Shown here in pieces: positions 58,620-64,000 of a DNA stretch of 64,000 nucleotides. A program made the position numbers and the translations under genes. Each line of letters starts with the position of its first letter. Position 1 is the first letter of the stretch. The notes below the pieces were generated by a model that was given only the letters and a program-made list of their open reading frames with translations, did no database searches and was not told where the DNA came from. Origin of the DNA: a virus; the IMG/VR virus record IMGVR_UViG_3300023110_001595, positions 11,783 through 75,782 of that record. The stretch is one strand, 5' to 3'.

Positions 58620-61600
58620 TTAATTATTTCCTTCGGTAATAATATATGTATTTGTTACTGAACTTTGAATTCCAGTATTCAAAACCTCATCACTAGTAAC
58701 AACAGTACCTGTTGCTTTAAGTCTAGCAGCAGTAATACTATCTATAACTTCAACATCTGCAACACTTGCAGCGTTAACAAAAATTTCATCGTTCTCACAC
58801 ACAATTTCATACAAACTGCCAAATACTTGTGTGTCACTTTTTGGCACGAGCACAATACTTGCAACATCAGGTGATACTTGTTTCATAACATATGCAGCTA
58901 ATTCACTAAAATAAAAAGTTTCTCCAAAGTCCCAATTTTCTAGTGCAAAATATTCGTTTATACTGTCAATTACTCTTGATTTAATATCATTATCGTTTAC
59001 AACTCTACCGCTGTTTTTAACAATTTTTATCGTAGCTTGTAAATCCGCATCAGCTATACTGCCAAACAATGGTTTATATTTCACAGGATGATAAATCAAC
59101 TCATCTGATATACTTTTAATTTTTTTAATATCTTGTCCAAAATTTAAATATAGTGCATCGCTGCTAGGAGGCAATGGTTGTTCCGTAACATCACCTTTTA
59201 AGAATTTTCTGTATTCAGTATCATAGGTTTTTGTTAACAAATACAAATCAATAATATTACTACTGCTTGGATCTATTCTGCGGTTTTCGGCAGCAGCGTG
59301 TTTATAATTAAATCTTAATTTATCTCTACCTTTATATGCTTTCCAATCTATATTCAATTCTAAACCAGTGCCTGCACTGTTGATTACTTTGAAAACATCT
59401 TTACTGGTAATATAGAATTTTGCACTACTACCATATCCACTGTAAGGACCTAATGCTCCTTCATTTGGATACACTAAAATATTATTGTCAGATGCTGATG
59501 CATATTCATAAGTTTCAATATCATTACGAATAACTTTTTGTGCGAAAATATATTTTGTATCAGGCAAATTATCTGGTGCAACAATTTGAGTAAACAAATC
59601 AGGATCATCAATTACACCATCATTGTCGCTGTCTACAAATCCTACTTCTAATTTTTTACTGTCTACATAACCAGCATCTGATCTATATTCAGATATAACT
59701 TGCCATTTCCAATTTTGTGTAAAACTAGTAAGACTGTCTGGTGCATTATTATTACTTAAAACCTCAATTGTATCTACAATAATTTGACCTGTTTTACTGT
59801 CATAAATTCTATCATTGCCATCAAAGTAAAAACGTATTTGTTCATCACTTTCAAATACATAACGTAAACCTCTGTGGGTAACAGTGTATGTTTCTCCGTC
59901 AGTTTCAAATAAGAATATCCAACTACTGTCTTGATTAGTGCCAGTGGCATCTCCAGCTCTTGCTGTACTAAAATCATTTACTGTATCTAAATTACTGTTT
60001 GTAATAACTTTCCAATTTGTTGTTTCAACATCATATCTTAATCCAAATGTTTTATATGCAAAAACTTGATCAACCATTTGTGATAATGAGTCTGCAACAA
60101 TTGTTGTATTAAGCACTGGAATAATTTCTGATAATATTGAATTAGCAGGAATATTGTCATTTAAAATTATAGGACCTAAATCACTGTCAATATCTTGTAC
60201 AGTGCCATTTTCGAACACACTAACAACTTTTGTCCAAATATATAATTTATCTCCTAAAGTATTTGGTGTTCTTGCCTGGATAGTATTGTCTTTGTCAAAA
60301 CAAGACCCTATCGGAGCAGTGAATTTTACTAAACTTCCTGGTGCCACAAAACGCATTGTGCTTGCTGTAAAACTACTAACTGCAACAGGAATTTGGAATT
60401 GGTCTTGGAAAATACCCGAACTTTGATTAGTATCATTTGTTGTCGGATTCCATACAAAATTCAAATCAGCAACACTGGCATTTCTGTCAAAATATTTGTA
60501 ATAGAAATTTTTAGTTTGTGTATGTTTGATTATTTCTGTGACTTGTGTGTTTATTACTGCTTCGATATCTGTTTTAGTTGTAAAATCAAAACTAAATTTT
60601 TTCGCAAGATCTTCTGTGTATACACTGCCGTCATCTCCAAACATTAATGTATTACTGTATTTTCCAGTTGCATCACGCAAATCATAATAACGACTTATAC
60701 CGCTGCTGGTTCTGTTTACTGATTTTGTTTTAATAATTTGCTGACTAACACCTAGAGGACCAATATTATAATCTTCGCCTGTAATCAATCGGTTTTGAGT
60801 GTAATATGTGCTTGGTGCATTTGTTTGAATGCTTTCGTTTGATTCAGTTGCATCAGCATTAGATACAGGTGTTGTCAAATCTAAAACTAAATTTAATGTT
60901 TCATTAGTTCCGTTTCGACTTAGATAAGGGACTTGAATTTGTACACCAATTAAGTCACTAGGATTAATTTTGTATTGCTCGTTTGCACTTGTTCTGTAAT
61001 AAACTTTAAATGCACCTTTAGGTAAATTACCAAAGACGCCATCGCTGAAAATTAAAGCAATTCTATCATTAACTTTGCTAAGAACTCCGTAAATATCTCT
61101 AACGCCTTTTTCTAAACTATTGTAAACAATGTTATTACCCTCAAGGTTACTTACTTTTGTCCACAAGTCTTGTTCGTCACCGTTTGAGTCTAATTTATAA
61201 AGCCAAACATCTGTTTCGTTTACGTTGTCTGTATCAATGTTTACAGTTGTATTTGGAACTGGATTAGCAATACTAAACACATTGTTGTTCATTGTTCCTT
61301 GTCTAAAATGGAAGAAAAATCCACTGTTAGAACTGCCTGCACCTTGTCCATTATCTCTGTATAAAAATGCAAGTTTGTTACCAGGAAATGGTTCTTCTTC
61401 GTATATGGTATTATCCGAAGTTTCAATTCCTGCACTAACTAATTCAAATTTTCTAGTTTTGTTATCAATTGTTTTTGTAAATGAATACAAAGGTACGTCT
61501 GTGTTTGTACCATTAAATCTATATTGTTCAGTTACAATACCATCAACTGTTGCTTTTTTTACAGGACGGCCAAAACGTGAGTTTGCAGGTAATGCTGCAT

Positions 61601-62081
61601 TTAATATTTTGATAAACTGCTCATACCAATCACTGTTGGTTGCATCATTCCACAGCACAGTTTGTCCACTTAAATTGTTATTGTTTGCATCAAATACATC
61701 TTCAGTTGTGCTAACACTATCAATTTTAAGTAATCCATTTGCTGCTGTGTTTCTGCTTGCATTATAACTGATTAGTCGTGCTAAACGGAGAATGCTTTCT
61801 CTACGCTCTGCTGTTTCAATATAATTTTCTCTTGCATTTAGGTCTGTACGGAAAGCAAGGTTTTGACCTAAAAATGCAATCAAATCAATCAGTGCAAGAT
61901 ATTCACTAGACTCGATATAATCGTTAAAGTCTTCGGGATAGTTTTCCCTAATATAAGTGATCATTGTTCTACGTAGATTGTCAAAGTCATAACTTTGGAA
62001 ATCTGCATATTTGAAACTCTGATAGATTGTTTTCCAATCCTCAGCCAATAGAAGTCTATTTTGCCTGTCTGTTGTTGACAT
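58620..62081 (-). CDS. Baseplate wedge subunit (T4 gp6-like)
   Basis: SYDFDNLR..FNDY.ESS..LIDLIA..ENYIETAERRESILRLARLISY; FSDGVFG.LP; ESNESI..AP..Y.TQNRLITGEDY. Confidence 0.9.
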   Translation of the reverse strand: MSTTDRQNRLLLAEDWKTIYQSFKYADFQSYDFDNLRRTMITYIRENYPEDFNDYIESSEYLALIDLIAFLGQNLAFRTDLNARENYIETAERRESILRLARLISYNASRNTAANGLLKIDSVSTTEDVFDANNNNLSGQTVLWNDATNSDWYEQFIKILNAALPANSRFGRPVKKATVDGIVTEQYRFNGTNTDVPLYSFTKTIDNKTRKFELVSAGIETSDNTIYEEEPFPGNKLAFLYRDNGQGAGSSNSGFFFHFRQGTMNNNVFSIANPVPNTTVNIDTDNVNETDVWLYKLDSNGDEQDLWTKVSNLEGNNIVYNSLEKGVRDIYGVLSKVNDRIALIFSDGVFGNLPKGAFKVYYRTSANEQYKINPSDLIGVQIQVPYLSRNGTNETLNLVLDLTTPVSNADATESNESIQTNAPSTYYTQNRLITGEDYNIGPLGVSQQIIKTKSVNRTSSGISRYYDLRDATGKYSNTLMFGDDGSVYTEDLAKKFSFDFTTKTDIEAVINTQVTEIIKHTQTKNFYYKYFDRNASVADLNFVWNPTTNDTNQSSGIFQDQFQIPVAVSSFTASTMRFVAPGSLVKFTAPIGSCFDKDNTIQARTPNTLGDKLYIWTKVVSVFENGTVQDIDSDLGPIILNDNIPANSILSEIIPVLNTTIVADSLSQMVDQVFAYKTFGLRYDVETTNWKVITNSNLDTVNDFSTARAGDATGTNQDSSWIFLFETDGETYTVTHRGLRYVFESDEQIRFYFDGNDRIYDSKTGQIIVDTIEVLSNNNAPDSLTSFTQNWKWQVISEYRSDAGYVDSKKLEVGFVDSDNDGVIDDPDLFTQIVAPDNLPDTKYIFAQKVIRNDIETYEYASASDNNILVYPNEGALGPYSGYGSSAKFYITSKDVFKVINSAGTGLELNIDWKAYKGRDKLRFNYKHAAAENRRIDPSSSNIIDLYLLTKTYDTEYRKFLKGDVTEQPLPPSSDALYLNFGQDIKKIKSISDELIYHPVKYKPLFGSIADADLQATIKIVKNSGRVVNDNDIKSRVIDSINEYFALENWDFGETFYFSELAAYVMKQVSPDVASIVLVPKSDTQVFGSLYEIVCENDEIFVNAASVADVEVIDSITAARLKATGTVVTSDEVLNTGIQSSVTNTYIITEGNN

Positions 62082-62104
62082 ATGTCGTTCCTCGCTTTAT
62101 AGTG

Positions 62105-62112
62105 TATTTACC
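62105..62112 (-). promoter_or_regulatory. Putative late promoter GGTAAATA
   Basis: Intergenic, upstream of the GAGG RBS of the gp6-like gene. Confidence 0.6.
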
Positions 62113-62133
62113 TGAAGTCAAAAACTGCGCATA

Positions 62134-62571
62134 TTAAACTAAACCATTGTTTTGGTCAAATCGTAAACGCATTGTTTCGCTTATGCTGTAAGGAACATAT
62201 GTCAAAGAACAATCTACTTGTAAGCCACTTTCATAAGAATCTACAGTAACATTATTTACAGAAATCCTTGGATCATAATTGATAATATCTGTAATATCTT
62301 GTATTATTAGTTCTTTTAAATCTTCAGTAAAAGGTTCAAAAAGTATATCCCAAATAATTGTACCAAAAGTTGGATTTTCTAACTTCTCGCCTTTGCGAAT
62401 ATGAAAGTGGTTGATGATATCTTGTTTGATAATTTCTAAATCATATAGATTAAATCCACGTGGATTAGCCACAGTACTTACACCTCTGTACTGTTTAGTT
62501 GTTACAGGTGGTTCCTGATTAGGTGACGAAATTGTAACATTTTTATATAAAGGTTTTTCACTTGTAGCCAT
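62134..62571 (-). CDS. Baseplate wedge protein (gp25/GPW-like)
   Basis: IKQDIINHFHIRKGEKLENPTFGTIIWDILFEP..YDPRI. Confidence 0.9.
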   Translation of the reverse strand: MATSEKPLYKNVTISSPNQEPPVTTKQYRGVSTVANPRGFNLYDLEIIKQDIINHFHIRKGEKLENPTFGTIIWDILFEPFTEDLKELIIQDITDIINYDPRISVNNVTVDSYESGLQVDCSLTYVPYSISETMRLRFDQNNGLV

Positions 62572-62575
62572 AACG

Positions 62576-62583
62576 TATTTACC
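62576..62583 (-). promoter_or_regulatory. Putative late promoter GGTAAATA, 4 nt before the ATG
   Basis: Recurrent motif; no RBS between the motif and the ATG. Confidence 0.6.
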
Positions 62584-62589
62584 TTAATT

Positions 62590-63888
62590 TTAGTTAGCAG
62601 TTCTTGGCTCTCGATCAGGAAAGTCATTGTTAAATGTAATCAAGCAAGTTTGTAAATCATTGAACGGTATAAAGTTGACGCTGTTTCGAGAGTAATATTC
62701 ACTATGTTCACGTATATAATCCGGATGTGTGTGACAAATCGGAACATCTTGTGAATCACTTTTGCTTTGCGGAATCGATTGTTTTACATTAGGTCCGACA
62801 ATTCTTAATTGTCCATCTACAACTTGTTTTACATTTCCTGCATCGCCATAAACATTGTTGTCAACATAATACAAACTGTTTTTCTTAACTAACTTAGTAC
62901 CAAACTTTTTTGCTACTTTTTTTGCTTGACTAGCTACATCTGCAAAAGCTCTATCTCCGGTTGTAGCATATGTTTTACGATTCAATGCATCTGCAGAATT
63001 AGCTAAGTTATTTGCTAATGCAACAGGATTTTCCGCATAACCTAAATTATTTCTAATACGCTTTGAATCTCTTAAAGAAATTCTAGGTTTGTTTAACACA
63101 CGGCCTACAAGATTTGCACCAACGTTAAATGCAGCATTTGCGAGTACATTTTGTAACTCAGGTGGTAATCCTTTTATTGCTCCGTTTAAGTTATTTGTAA
63201 AAGCACCTAAACTTTTTGTAAAGCCATCAAATATAGGACCTATTCCTGGTATTCCACTTATCGCTGCTCCTAAATCTCCTGCAATTTTACTAACCGCATT
63301 TCCAAGTGCATTACTTAACCCATTCAAAGCATTTCCAATAGCACCGCTAAAAACACTTCCTAAAGCACCTGTTAGACCTGTACTACTTAATAAATTTTGC
63401 ATTGTACTAGGCAATTTGCCCAATAACCCTGTTAGTGCAGAACCTAAAATACTGCTTAATCCACCTTGTAATCCTTGTAAGAAACTATCAACAAGTATGT
63501 TTGCTTCTTTGCCAGATGCATCAATAATATTTGTTCTAACTTTAGCAGGATTTGTTGCAGGATTTGTTCCTGAATATGTAACTACATTTGTATTAGGTTG
63601 TGCAGCAGTTTGTTTGCGTGAAGCAACTTCTGCTGTGCTAGGTCTTCCTTTTTGCATCCAACCTATGCCGTCAACATATGCAGCAGGATTTGCCACTGGA
63701 GGAGTTTCTTTTGCTGCGGCTGCCCTTGCCAGTCTAGGATCAACTTGACCTGCACCGTAACCAACAGTTGCCACTTTACCTGCAGGCACTTTTGAATTTA
63801 CTTGATTAGGTCTGTCTCTACTGACTTTACCTCTCCTAGGTGGTCCGTAACTTACAGCCCCATTGTTTACTGCCCACGTATCTGCCAT
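62590..63888 (-). CDS. Hypothetical baseplate-region protein with Gly/Ala/Leu-rich amphipathic core
   Basis: 432-aa ORF with GGAGG RBS and TAATG coupling to the upstream gene. Confidence 0.65.
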   Translation of the reverse strand: MADTWAVNNGAVSYGPPRRGKVSRDRPNQVNSKVPAGKVATVGYGAGQVDPRLARAAAAKETPPVANPAAYVDGIGWMQKGRPSTAEVASRKQTAAQPNTNVVTYSGTNPATNPAKVRTNIIDASGKEANILVDSFLQGLQGGLSSILGSALTGLLGKLPSTMQNLLSSTGLTGALGSVFSGAIGNALNGLSNALGNAVSKIAGDLGAAISGIPGIGPIFDGFTKSLGAFTNNLNGAIKGLPPELQNVLANAAFNVGANLVGRVLNKPRISLRDSKRIRNNLGYAENPVALANNLANSADALNRKTYATTGDRAFADVASQAKKVAKKFGTKLVKKNSLYYVDNNVYGDAGNVKQVVDGQLRIVGPNVKQSIPQSKSDSQDVPICHTHPDYIREHSEYYSRNSVNFIPFNDLQTCLITFNNDFPDREPRTAN

Positions 63889-64000
63889 TATTCATCCTCC
63901 GGTGTAAGTTCATTCATTGCAGTTCTATCTGTGTGAACTGGTCTTTCTTCCATATGTATATCTTGGCTTTCTGTGTCAACTGCTTCAGTTTTGTCTGGTG
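63888..64000 (-). CDS. C-terminal fragment of an upstream gene (possibly baseplate hub)
   Basis: Open frame ..PDKTEAVDTESQDIHMEERPVHTDRTAMNELTPEDE* ends in a TAATG overlap. Function guessed from position only. Confidence 0.45.
   Translation of the reverse strand, partial: PDKTEAVDTESQDIHMEERPVHTDRTAMNELTPEDE

Noticed and set aside
63089-63748. Long antisense ORFs (also 42928-43455, 16621-17073, 27413-27940, 45833-46270 and others)
   Set aside because: They are shadows of codon-biased genes on the opposite strand, with no recognisable motifs.
1-64000. Stop-codon reassignment as seen in some jumbo phages
   Set aside because: Genes tile the window under code 11, the 4602-aa ORF is uninterrupted, and TAA, TAG and TGA all terminate genes at coupled junctions.
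1-64000. tRNA, rRNA, introns, inteins, integrase/transposase or diversity-generating retroelement
   Set aside because: Intergenic gaps are only about 70 nt or less, and no such motifs, reverse transcriptase or template/variable repeat pair were recognised by eye.

Overview
This window is a 64-kb, AT-rich, almost gap-free segment of a large T4-superfamily (jumbo-type) myophage genome using the standard genetic code. The right half (36.5-64 kb, - strand) is a baseplate/tail-fibre module: a gp25-like gene, a gp6-like wedge, a 4602-aa giant wedge/adhesin, three fibre paralogues sharing an N-terminal domain (one with a tail-collar domain, one with a C-terminal chaperone) and two further paralogous virion proteins. 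The left half (1-36.5 kb) is a dense ~35-kb cluster of tailoring enzymes. It contains 11 radical SAM enzymes (1 B12-binding, 10 Twitch/SPASM-type in three subfamilies), 4 QueC-like PP-loop ATPases, 3 SGNH-like proteins, 5-6 glycosyltransferase-like proteins, 2 membrane desaturases, 3 Fe(II)/2OG-type oxygenases, a sulfotransferase-like protein, an adenylation (ANL) enzyme beside a GNAT-like protein, an SDR, a nitroreductase fusion and a repeat-bearing methyltransferase-like protein. The best candidate for an undescribed system is this cluster, read as a phage-encoded multi-step biosynthesis/decoration pathway (most plausibly virion or tail-fibre glycan, or protein modification). Two promoter classes are visible: near-perfect sigma70 TTGACA-17-TATAAT sites, mostly heading enzyme operons, and a T4-late-like TAA(A/G)TA motif, mostly heading structural genes; several imply leaderless mRNAs. 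No tRNA, rRNA, CRISPR array or mobile element was recognised. All functional calls come from motif reading only; no database search was run.
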